From: Obrimoposthia wandeli
Taxonomy: Eukaryota
NCBI GenBank assembly: GCA_977020255.1
Contig: CDROCS010005164.1
Span: 1-64,000 of the forward strand
Length of the DNA stretch: 64,000 nucleotides
Reading direction: 5' to 3'
Part shown: one piece after another, positions 49,277 through 58,589 of the stretch
How the letters are laid out: every line of letters starts with the position of its first letter
How positions within the stretch are numbered: the stretch's first letter is position 1
The notes under the pieces: generated by a model
Told to the model about the DNA's origin: nothing
Database searches by the model: none
What the model saw: the letters and a program-made list of their open reading frames with translations, nothing else
Translations under genes and position numbers: made by a program

Positions 49277-50581
49277 ATGTATAAATTGTTAGTTTCGTTA
49301 ACAGTAGTAACTGCATTGACAGCGACAAGTTTTGCATGGGCTGAAGAAAAGAGTGACGTGAAGCTTGCTAAAGAAGAAGCGCAAAAGCGTTTACCGTTAG
49401 CAGAATTACGCCGTTTTAGTGAAGTATTTGATCGCATTAAGAAAGCATATGTAGAACCAGTATCTGATGAAAAATTAATTGAAGATGCGGTACGTGGCAT
49501 GCTGACAGGGCTAGACCCTCACTCGACTTATCTTGCACCAAAAGAGTATTCAGAGTTACAAGTTCAAACCTCTGGTCAGTTTGGCGGAGTCGGTATTGAA
49601 ATTAGTCAAGAAGATGGAGTTATACGTGTTATTACCCCGATTGATGATACACCTGCGCAGCGAGCAGGCATAAAACCGGGTGATTTAGTCATTAAAATTG
49701 ACGATAAAGTAATTCAATCGATCGGTACTGATAAAGCTATTTCTTTGATGCGCGGCAAGGTTGGTTCAAAAATTGTATTAACAGTGGTGCGCGACGGTGA
49801 ACCCGCACCTCTTGAGGTGAGCTTAAAACGTGCGCTTATTAATCTCACCAGCGTACGCTCCAAGTTTGTGGATGAAAAAATTGGCTATCTACGAATCAGC
49901 CAATTTCAGCAACACACCGCAAGGGATTTAAAGAAGCAGCTAGAAACACTACAAGAAGAACAAACGTTATCAGGATTAATACTCGATTTGCGTAACAATC
50001 CTGGCGGTGTTTTACGAGGTGCTGTTGATGTAACAGATGCTTTCGTTAACGAAGGTGTGATTGTTTCAACAAAAGGGCGTCTAGCGAGTTCTCAAATGAG
50101 TTTCAATGCAACTTCAATGATGAGTGTTGCCGATATACCGATGGTAGTGCTTATTAATGAGGGCTCAGCCTCTGCATCAGAAATAGTGGCCGGAGCATTA
50201 CAAGATAAAAGCCGCGCCATCATCATGGGTGGTACCAGTTTTGGTAAAGGTTCTGTACAAACTGTTTTGCAATTGACCGGTGATCGAGCAATTAAACTGA
50301 CAACGGCTAAATACTTCACGCCCAGCGGAAAATCAATTCAAGCAAAAGGTATTGTGCCGGACATTAGTGTCGCGCAGGAAAGTGTGAAGCAAAAAAAGCG
50401 CTCGAAACTAATCAAAGAAAAAGACTTAGATGGTCATCTTGCTAATGAAGATGATACGACTGTCAAAGTTGAGAAAACCAATTTGATTGAGACTGATTTT
50501 CAATTATATGAAGCACTTAACTTAATTAAAGGTTTGGTGATAGTACGCGAGTCTAATCAGGTGAAACAGGCTAAAAAGTAG
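49277..50581 (+). CDS. ctpA: S41 carboxy-terminal processing protease (CtpA-like)
   Basis: LDPHS, PDZ domain GVGIEI, DLRNNPGG, SASASEIVAGALQD and FGKGSVQ motifs. Confidence 0.9.
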   Translation: MYKLLVSLTVVTALTATSFAWAEEKSDVKLAKEEAQKRLPLAELRRFSEVFDRIKKAYVEPVSDEKLIEDAVRGMLTGLDPHSTYLAPKEYSELQVQTSGQFGGVGIEISQEDGVIRVITPIDDTPAQRAGIKPGDLVIKIDDKVIQSIGTDKAISLMRGKVGSKIVLTVVRDGEPAPLEVSLKRALINLTSVRSKFVDEKIGYLRISQFQQHTARDLKKQLETLQEEQTLSGLILDLRNNPGGVLRGAVDVTDAFVNEGVIVSTKGRLASSQMSFNATSMMSVADIPMVVLINEGSASASEIVAGALQDKSRAIIMGGTSFGKGSVQTVLQLTGDRAIKLTTAKYFTPSGKSIQAKGIVPDISVAQESVKQKKRSKLIKEKDLDGHLANEDDTTVKVEKTNLIETDFQLYEALNLIKGLVIVRESNQVKQAKK

Positions 50582-50700
50582 TGAATTGAATAAAATTTTG
50601 TGTAATTATGCCCAGCGTTGACTATTTGTAGACAGCTACTATTCATTTTTTACGTTGGGTTATTCTTATCAAAATCATTAGCAAAAGTATCAAGTTTAGT

Positions 50701-51918
50701 TTGTTATTGTCAGTCGTGCATATCAACGCCGTTAGCGCTCAAGATTCTGCTCTTATCATTGATAAGGCATTAATTAATGAAGAATTAGTTGATAAGATCT
50801 TAATTGATAAAGCACTGATTAATAAGGCACTTGTCAATGAATCACTTACTAATAAAGAACAGATAAACCAAAGTGCGATTGCAGAGGTTGTCGCTGTTAA
50901 TGATTTGTCTCAGATAACCAGTGACACACATATTGTAGAAATACTGCCACCTTCAAAGCGTTTATTAAACAACACAGATCTTAAAAATAAAGCTCAGCCA
51001 CCAAACAGTGCAGCACATCAGCCGTCAGTGCAAAGCGCTACAGCAAATGTATTAATAGAGAAAAACAACACATCCATAGCGCCCATACCTTTACTCACGC
51101 CTATATTCATACCCAATGCAAAACAAAAAGTTGCAGCACCTGCTCCTAAGAAAGAAAGAGTGGCAGGAAAAAGCGCCAAAATAGTCATTTTAATTGATGA
51201 TATGGGTAATTCATTAAAGTTAAACAATGCTGCATTGAATTTGCCTGGTGCTATTAGTTTTGCGTTTTTACCACATGCGCATTTTAGTAAGCGATTAGCG
51301 AAAGAAGCTAAAAATTCATCAAAAGATGTTTTATTGCATGCGCCGATGGAAAATATTCATAACTACCCTCTAGGTAAAGGTGGTATGACCTCTAAAATGT
51401 CAGAGGTAGAGTTTAAAGCAGTATTAAATAATAATATTGATGCTGTTCCTGATCTTATTGGCGTTAATAATCATATGGGCAGTAAGTTGACCTCTTTACC
51501 GTTACAAATGCGTTGGACTATGGAAGTGGTTAAAGCACGTGGCTTGTTCTTTTTAGACAGTAAAACAACGGGTAAGAGTGTTGCATGGGATCAAGCGAAA
51601 ATAGCGGGTATTGCAGGTCTTAAACGAGATATCTTTCTTGATCATGATCGCAACTTGCCCGCTATGAAAAAGCAATTTAACAAAGCAATCGCTATGGCTA
51701 AAAAATCTGGGTATAGCGTTGTTATTGCGCACCCTTATGCAATAACGATTAAGTTTTTAAATAAAGAATTAAAGCAATTAGCAAAGAGAAACGTGGAGCT
51801 AGTGTCTATATCTGCACTTATTGCACAGATAAAAAGTAATAGCCAAATGGTTGCTGCCACTACATTGTCTGCTGATCTATTATCAAACGAGACTTCGGTC
51901 GATAAAAAGAAGCAATAA
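50701..51918 (+). CDS. Divergent polysaccharide deacetylase (YibQ-like) with a long low-complexity N-terminus
   Basis: ILIDDMG, LLHAPME, GVNNHMGS, FLDSKT, RDIFLD and IAHP motifs. The start codon is uncertain. Confidence 0.85.
   Translation: MLLSVVHINAVSAQDSALIIDKALINEELVDKILIDKALINKALVNESLTNKEQINQSAIAEVVAVNDLSQITSDTHIVEILPPSKRLLNNTDLKNKAQPPNSAAHQPSVQSATANVLIEKNNTSIAPIPLLTPIFIPNAKQKVAAPAPKKERVAGKSAKIVILIDDMGNSLKLNNAALNLPGAISFAFLPHAHFSKRLAKEAKNSSKDVLLHAPMENIHNYPLGKGGMTSKMSEVEFKAVLNNNIDAVPDLIGVNNHMGSKLTSLPLQMRWTMEVVKARGLFFLDSKTTGKSVAWDQAKIAGIAGLKRDIFLDHDRNLPAMKKQFNKAIAMAKKSGYSVVIAHPYAITIKFLNKELKQLAKRNVELVSISALIAQIKSNSQMVAATTLSADLLSNETSVDKKKQ
50761..50865 (+). repeat. Degenerate 15-bp coding tandem repeat, 7 units
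   Basis: Encodes DKALI NEELV DKILI DKALI NKALV NESLT NKEQI. Confidence 0.8.
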
Positions 51919-52011
51919 ATAACATAGAGGGATAGCGCCTTAACAATTATGAATTGCTAAGAGCGCTGCTAATAACCTACCTACCTACCTTTCTATTCTA
52001 TCTCCATACCA

Positions 52012-53436
52012 TTATTGTTTAGTTTTTAAGCGCGTTTTCAAGTTAAATACCGTGACACTGTTCGCCTTTACTTTTATTTTCCAGTCAGCTCTAGCAGCCT
52101 GTTTTTGATGAACAGGATAAGTGCTACTGATAATTTCCCACTGGTGGCTAAAGCTTGAGGACAAATCTAAGGTAGTGTCCTGGGCAGAGCTATTATTAAT
52201 TTTAAGCTCTATTCCAACGAGTGCACCATTGAATGTTTTTTCGTAACTGCTTTGGCGCTGTTTTATGGTGATATCAAATGCTCTGCCGGTGGAGAGTTCA
52301 ATCACATCATTGACGGCACTTTGTTTAAAGTGGCTAGCGCCAATGAACTGTAAATCACCGGTTTTATCTGGGTTAAATACGCGTGCTTGACCTGCGGGTA
52401 GTGCAATGCCCAGTTTGCTTTTTTTATTGTTATGGAAAGTTAAAAATGAGTCAGGGTTTACCTTAATATTATTACTGTCTAAGTAAGGCGAAATATGAAA
52501 GCGATAGCGAGTGGTTGCTTTAACCGGTACCTCTGCTGCTTGTAATAAAGGGAGTTGAGTTTGCTGATTAGGGCGCAGGCTAGCACGGTTAGGCAAAGGG
52601 TATAATTGTAAGTCACCAATGGCTTGTGGTGCAGCTTCTATTCTTCTCGCTTTAGACATCACGGCTTGACCTAATAAAGCTGTCGATTCAAGATTTCTAT
52701 TAGGGGGTGCCGGTTGAGAAATGCTGCCCGCAATCAGCTTAATGCTGGCATTATTAAAATCTGTGTTGGTATTGTTAAATAGAGAGGCTAAACCTTTAAT
52801 TTGCAGTTTATCGCGTGTTTTATTGAGTGCTAAAAGATAATCCATTTGCCATTGTAGCCCATTGGTTAAATAGCTTAGTTTAATGTTGTTTGTTTCTTTT
52901 TTCCCTTCGGATTTAAACGTTAGGCTGGGCTTTAATAGTAAATAGTCGGGTTTGCTTGGAAAAACAAAACGCCATTTTTCGCTGTTTAGCGGTATGGTCT
53001 CTATTGCACCATTGATTTCCACAATCGCAGTATTGTTACTGGCATTTAGAAGCTTAACTTTTTGTCTTATTTCTTGTGCGTTACCTGCCGAATCTTTTAC
53101 TAAAATAATGTCTTGGCCTATAAAGCTATTGATCAAAGCGCTGTAACTAATAATCGCTTTATTCAGCGTTTGCTCGCTAATTTTTCCGGCATTGTGTATC
53201 TGTAAACTTTGTGGGTGCATTTGCTGGCTTATGTTATGCACTATCACTGTATCGTTTTTATTCAAACTGCCTAAAATTCGGCTGTCTTGCACTAACGCCA
53301 AATTATCAGAATATAAAGTAATAGCTAAATTTGTCTGCTCTTTTTGTGTGACAGTGAAGGTTTTAGCGGCTAACGTAGAAGAGATGCAAGGCGCTGCGAT
53401 GACTATGAGGGCGACGATAGAACGTGAGAACTTCAT
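52012..53436 (-). CDS. Exported DUF4139-family protein
   Basis: Signal peptide, LAITLYSDNLALVQDSR, LSYLTNGLQWQMDY and GDLQLY motifs. Confidence 0.75.
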   Translation of the reverse strand: MKFSRSIVALIVIAAPCISSTLAAKTFTVTQKEQTNLAITLYSDNLALVQDSRILGSLNKNDTVIVHNISQQMHPQSLQIHNAGKISEQTLNKAIISYSALINSFIGQDIILVKDSAGNAQEIRQKVKLLNASNNTAIVEINGAIETIPLNSEKWRFVFPSKPDYLLLKPSLTFKSEGKKETNNIKLSYLTNGLQWQMDYLLALNKTRDKLQIKGLASLFNNTNTDFNNASIKLIAGSISQPAPPNRNLESTALLGQAVMSKARRIEAAPQAIGDLQLYPLPNRASLRPNQQTQLPLLQAAEVPVKATTRYRFHISPYLDSNNIKVNPDSFLTFHNNKKSKLGIALPAGQARVFNPDKTGDLQFIGASHFKQSAVNDVIELSTGRAFDITIKQRQSSYEKTFNGALVGIELKINNSSAQDTTLDLSSSFSHQWEIISSTYPVHQKQAARADWKIKVKANSVTVFNLKTRLKTKQ

Positions 53437-53712
53437 TAAATAACCTTTGTATTGTTATGCATCATTGCTAAATATATATTTCGTTTGTCTCTATTAATTA
53501 TTTTGATATTACCTGAATTCACATTAACTAAGACATTAAAGTATTCAAAAAATTCAGTTTAGATGCTTAAGAATGATATTGGAGATAAATAATAGCTAAG
53601 TGGGATGACAATGGGTACGCGTGTTGAGGTAATAGCTAAAGCACATAGGGTGTTAACAGGATTTCAATTGAGCATAGTATCGCAAGTTAATGATATGAGT
53701 TAAGAGGCGCGC

Positions 53713-55701
53713 TTAGCCTTCAATTTCAAGTGCAACCCGAAATCCCCACGCATTGCGTTTAGTTTTGGGTGGATGTCTGTAACGACTAGCTGATCTTGTA
53801 ATGCGGGAGATATCAAACCATGATCCGCCTCGCATAGTATAGTTTTTACAACCGGATGTTTGGTAAGGGCTACCATCAGATTTGGCCTTTTTATGATCTG
53901 GGGTATAACAATCGAGCACCCATTCATCAACATTGCCATTAAAATCATATAGCCCCCAAGGGTTTGCTTTGAGAGATCCTACGGGTAATGGCTGTTTACC
54001 ACTCAAAGGATGTCCGCAGTCACTACATTGTGCATACCCAGGTTTGCTTTTATCTCCCCACCAGTAGTTAGTTTTTGTGCCTGCTCTGGCGGCGTATTCC
54101 CACTCAGCTTCGGTAGGCAGTCTATAAGCTAGCTTTGTTTGCTTAGAAAGCCATCGAGTATATGCTCTCGCGTCGCGCCAAGTAACGTTAATGACAGGTT
54201 GTGAGCCTCGACCCCAGCCTTCATCATCGGGTAATGCTCTATTAGTTTGTTGCGCAAAAACATCGTATTGAGCGAATGTTATTTCATGACGAGCAATGGC
54301 GAATTTTTTGGTAAAAGTCACTTTGTGCGCAGGTTTTTCGTTATCATTAGCATCGTTGCTGTCATTACCCATGATAAAGCTACCTGGAGCAATAACGACC
54401 ATGTGCGGGCCGTATTTACCACCGGGTAAAGGATCTCGAAAAACACTGAGAGGGGAGTTTCCTGTACCTTCACCTATTTGTAAGCGCATTGCTTTATTTT
54501 TGATAGTTAAGGTGTTTATGCGCTCAATAGTGCCGCGAAGCTGCTCGTTAGCGGTATCTGACTCTGCTTCGAATTGGGCTGCTTGTTGTTGTGATGCCGC
54601 AAGCTGTTCATTGACGGCATCTATTTTTTGAGAGCTTGAAAAAACACCTAAAATGAAACCAAGCCCTGTGCCTGCGATGAAAATAAGTAAGGGGATAGCA
54701 AAAAAAGGCAAACGAAAGTTAATTGATAGTTTGCCTAGTTTGAAGTTTATGGGCGCTGATTTTGATTTGTTTTGTGATGAACTCTCTTCGTTACCTTCGT
54801 TATTTTCGCCGTCTTCATTTGTTGCGCTGTCAGATGCAGCAGAGGCTGCGTTATTGTCGGGTGGATAAAACTGTTTAATGAAATCTAATGCGCTGGTAAA
54901 CCGGCTATGATCTTCATCGCTAAAAGCATCAAGCAGGCATTGCCATTGTTGGTCGTCAATATCGCTGGGTCGAATGAAAGTGTATTCTTTGCGTTGTTGC
55001 TCACTATCATTGATACCTAACTCGTCATTACCAAGGAGGGTGTAAGCAGCTGATGCGATAGTGTACGTGTCTGATTCAGCACCAATGGCTCCTTTAGCTA
55101 GCGCTTTAGGTGAGCAGAAGCTTTTGTAGGTGTACACACTTTTGGGCATCTTCTCTGCTTCATGAAAAAATTCTCGCATAGAGATTGGCAGCAATTTGAC
55201 GCCGCCTTTTTTATTCACAAAGACAAACTGTGAATCAAGACCACCCAAGGCACTATGCCACTGCTTAACGCATCCATGGATAGCGCTGGCTAATTGCGTG
55301 AGTAAGCCTTGGGTTTGTTTTGGGTTGAGGTTTTTGCTAGCACTAGAGCTAATTAACTGCTCTAAAGTGAGCCCGTCTATCGGTTCAAAAGCAAAAAATA
55401 GCAAACCTCCTTTATGAATGAAGTAGCCATAAATATCGGTAATATGTGAGTGATTAATCGCTTTGGAGCGAACAATTTGTTTTTTGAAATTTGCTAAAAA
55501 ACTTTTATTATCAAGAAAAACGGGGTCTAAAATAATTAAGCTGACATTGATAGGGTTTTTTGTACTAACATCATCTGCTTGCCATAGCTGGCCTAAAGGA
55601 CATTGCGTTGGTTTATCGCGCAATTGGAATTTATGATGATCAGGTCCGATCAGCTCTCCAGCACTTAACGCTTTGTATAGTTTTTCTCTTGATTGAGGCA
55701 T
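53713..55701 (-). CDS. Ser/Thr-kinase-like (pseudokinase) domain - TM - coiled coil - FGE/SUMF1-fold fusion
   Basis: N-terminal kinase-like fold remnants. C-terminal MVVIAPGSFIMG...EITFAQY...YRLPTEAEWEYAARAG...NPWGLYD..GNVDEW...RGGSW...GFRV. Confidence 0.82.
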   Translation of the reverse strand: MPQSREKLYKALSAGELIGPDHHKFQLRDKPTQCPLGQLWQADDVSTKNPINVSLIILDPVFLDNKSFLANFKKQIVRSKAINHSHITDIYGYFIHKGGLLFFAFEPIDGLTLEQLISSSASKNLNPKQTQGLLTQLASAIHGCVKQWHSALGGLDSQFVFVNKKGGVKLLPISMREFFHEAEKMPKSVYTYKSFCSPKALAKGAIGAESDTYTIASAAYTLLGNDELGINDSEQQRKEYTFIRPSDIDDQQWQCLLDAFSDEDHSRFTSALDFIKQFYPPDNNAASAASDSATNEDGENNEGNEESSSQNKSKSAPINFKLGKLSINFRLPFFAIPLLIFIAGTGLGFILGVFSSSQKIDAVNEQLAASQQQAAQFEAESDTANEQLRGTIERINTLTIKNKAMRLQIGEGTGNSPLSVFRDPLPGGKYGPHMVVIAPGSFIMGNDSNDANDNEKPAHKVTFTKKFAIARHEITFAQYDVFAQQTNRALPDDEGWGRGSQPVINVTWRDARAYTRWLSKQTKLAYRLPTEAEWEYAARAGTKTNYWWGDKSKPGYAQCSDCGHPLSGKQPLPVGSLKANPWGLYDFNGNVDEWVLDCYTPDHKKAKSDGSPYQTSGCKNYTMRGGSWFDISRITRSASRYRHPPKTKRNAWGFRVALEIEG

Positions 55702-55989
55702 GATGTTGTTATCTTAGTCGTGGTGAAGGCTTTAACAGTAAAGAATAAAGCACATCGAACAGTGAGGCTAAATTTATTATCATTAGGTCTCACCCTATTT
55801 AAATCTCGTTAATTACTTATATACCATTGTTTAGCTTAAGTTTAGCCTAATTTCTAGCGATAGATAACTACCGCTAACAACAAAAAATAACATCAAAATA
55901 AAGATTCCCTGTTTACTTCTCGTCATATACCGGTAGGAAACAACACGCCTAACGCATTGAATACTTTTTATACTTAAGGCATTAAGTGT

Positions 55990-56838
<849 letters not shown>

Positions 56839-57054
56839 TTAAATACCTATATAGCACGATAATATTGAAGATGTTAAAGCGCTAAGAATGAAATTTAGAC
56901 GAATGATAATGCTTTAACTGAATGAAATAGCTAATGAGATTAACATGCTACAGATTATCAATAAACTATTGTGTTACCCATTCAATTGAAAGCTGTCACT
57001 TAAATGGAGTAAATCATTGTATGTATAATAAATTGCTTTATGGTTAATGCAAGT

Positions 57055-57073
57055 GATAATGATAATCGATTAA
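57055..57073. promoter_or_regulatory. Fur box
   Basis: GATAATGATAATCGATTAA, 14/19 to GATAATGATAATCATTATC with the first 13 identical, just upstream of the HugZ/HutZ-like gene. Confidence 0.75.
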
Positions 57074-57091
57074 TATAAAAGAGAGGCAGGT

Positions 57092-57593
57092 GTGGATACC
57101 CAAACGTTATTAGAGAATTGTCTTGAATTACAGCAGCAATTTAAATGCTTACTGCTATCAACAGTCAATGAGCAAGGTGAACCGCTGGCAAGCTTTGCTC
57201 CTTATGTTCAAGAGCAAGGTAGTTTTTATGTGTTTGTGAGCGATTTAGCACAGCATACTAAAAATATGCTCGCAACTCCCATTGCCAGTGCCATGTTCAT
57301 TGAAGGTGAGCAAAGTGCAAGAAATCTGCATGCTAGAGAGAGAGCGGTCATTCAAACGAGTGTACATAAAGTAACGGATGGCGCATTAATGCAAGTGTTG
57401 TTTGAAAAGATGGAGCAGAGCCATGGGAAGACAATCAATCTGTTACGCACATTAGAAGATTTTAATATGTTAGAGCTGCGACCAGAAAAAGGACGCTATG
57501 TAGTTACTCTTTTGGTAAAAGCTTTATGATTGGGATGTACGAGGTAATAAGATGACGCATGTATCTGAGGATACATTAAAAAAAGCTAAGTAA
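57092..57593 (+). CDS. HugZ/HutZ-like heme-utilisation protein; 3' end apparently frameshifted
   Basis: ASFAPYV, VSDLAQHTKN and DF..LEL.P..GRYVV. The track ORF stops at 57529, but a family-like tail (FGK / AY / DWD...THV...KKAK*) is split across frames and ends at 57593. Confidence 0.65.
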
Positions 57594-57629
57594 TTAGAGT
57601 GTAAGCTGTGAGCACTAGAGAGATGTATT

Positions 57630-57830
57630 CTAACGTTCCATTAAGCCCACAATAACTGCTTTAATAAGAAAAGCAAAAAGACCTAATCCGAGAGCAAAAA
57701 ATAAAATGAAAGTGCCGAATTTTCCAGCTTTAGATTTTTTGGCCAAGTCGTAGATAATAAAAAATACAAAACATCCTAAGCCGAAAATTCCGACGTTTAA
57801 CATGATGGATTCTATTTCTGCTAGGCGCAT
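57630..57830 (-). CDS. DUF2788-like small membrane protein
   Basis: FFIIYDLAKKSKAGKFGTFILFFALGLG signature. Confidence 0.8.
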   Translation of the reverse strand: MRLAEIESIMLNVGIFGLGCFVFFIIYDLAKKSKAGKFGTFILFFALGLGLFAFLIKAVIVGLMER

Positions 57831-57865
57831 TGTGTATTACTCAATGGATCAGTCAATCACTGAGG

Positions 57866-57894
57866 TGTCTTAAGTTAAAGTCTAACTTAAGACA
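57866..57894. terminator. Hairpin downstream of tRNA-Tyr
   Basis: TGTCTTAAGTTA-AAGTC-TAACTTAAGACA, 12-bp stem. Confidence 0.55.
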
Positions 57895-57910
57895 AAGGCT
57901 AAATAAGAAA

Positions 57911-57994
57911 TGGTGGTGGGAGGTGGATTCGAACCACCGAAGCTTTCGCGTCAGATTTACAGTCTGATCCCTTTGGCCACTCGGGAACCCCACC
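57911..57994 (-). tRNA. tRNA-Tyr (GTA)
   Basis: GGTGGGGTTCCCGAGTGGCCAAAGGGATCAGACTGTAAATCTGACGCGAAAGCTTCGGTGGTTCGAATCCACCTCCCACCACCA: cloverleaf, GTA anticodon, long variable arm, encoded CCA. Confidence 0.97.
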
Positions 57995-58099
57995 ACGTGT
58001 ACTTAACAGTACATTATCAAAATATTTTTGTTACCAAAAACTATCGATAATTCTCAACTAATACTGATGCTCTTTGTCCAAGCAATCTGCAGTGGTTGA

Positions 58100-58136
58100 G
58101 GGCGCGTATAATAGATATACCGGAATCATTTGTAAA
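58100..58136 (-). promoter_or_regulatory. Sigma-70 stable-RNA promoter of tRNA-Tyr
   Basis: TTTACA-N17-TATTAT followed by the GC-rich discriminator ACGCGCCC, as in tyrT-type promoters. Phased A-tracts lie upstream at 58195-58224. Confidence 0.8.
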
Positions 58137-58322
58137 TAGCTTTTTAGCATTTTTATCGATTATTTTTAACAAATATTTTAGCGAGCAAAACTGTAAAAAA
58201 AACTAAAAAAAAGCAAAAAAAAAATTACATCTTGCTGCCCCCATCAGCTCTGGATTCGTGTCAGATTTTAGCTAAATGAACGCTAGTTTAAAAAATGTCA
58301 AGAGTTGAAATTATGTATGAAG

Positions 58323-58369
58323 TCTCTATATTTGGTGTCTGTTTTAAGTTGATTGACTATATGTGGTGT
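58323..58369. promoter_or_regulatory. Tandem NrdR boxes
   Basis: TCTCTATATTTGGTGT (58323) and TGACTATATGTGGTGT (58354), 31 bp apart, upstream of nrdA. Confidence 0.78.
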
Positions 58370-58589
58370 ATCGAAAAGTTGTTGTTCATAAACACCTTCC
58401 TGAATTATATATGAAGTCAAGTCAATATCGGTTTTTAATAAACTTAATAGATCACCCGTTAATACGCTAAGTTGATACGCTAAAAAGCTAAGTACGCTAA
58501 AAATAGTAGCGATTAGTAGATATGAGCAATATTAGGTTGATTTTAATAAAAGTATCACGTTTTAACTATACAAAGAGGAATAGCATTCG

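Noticed and set aside
51975-51991. (CTAC)n / (ACCT)n microsatellite between convergent genes
   Set aside because: Only about four units in a 3'-3' gap, with no plausible phase-variation target.
57911-57994. tRNA-Tyr as an integration site for a genomic island
   Set aside because: No integrase and no duplicated tRNA 3' end seen in the window; the flanking genes are ordinary.
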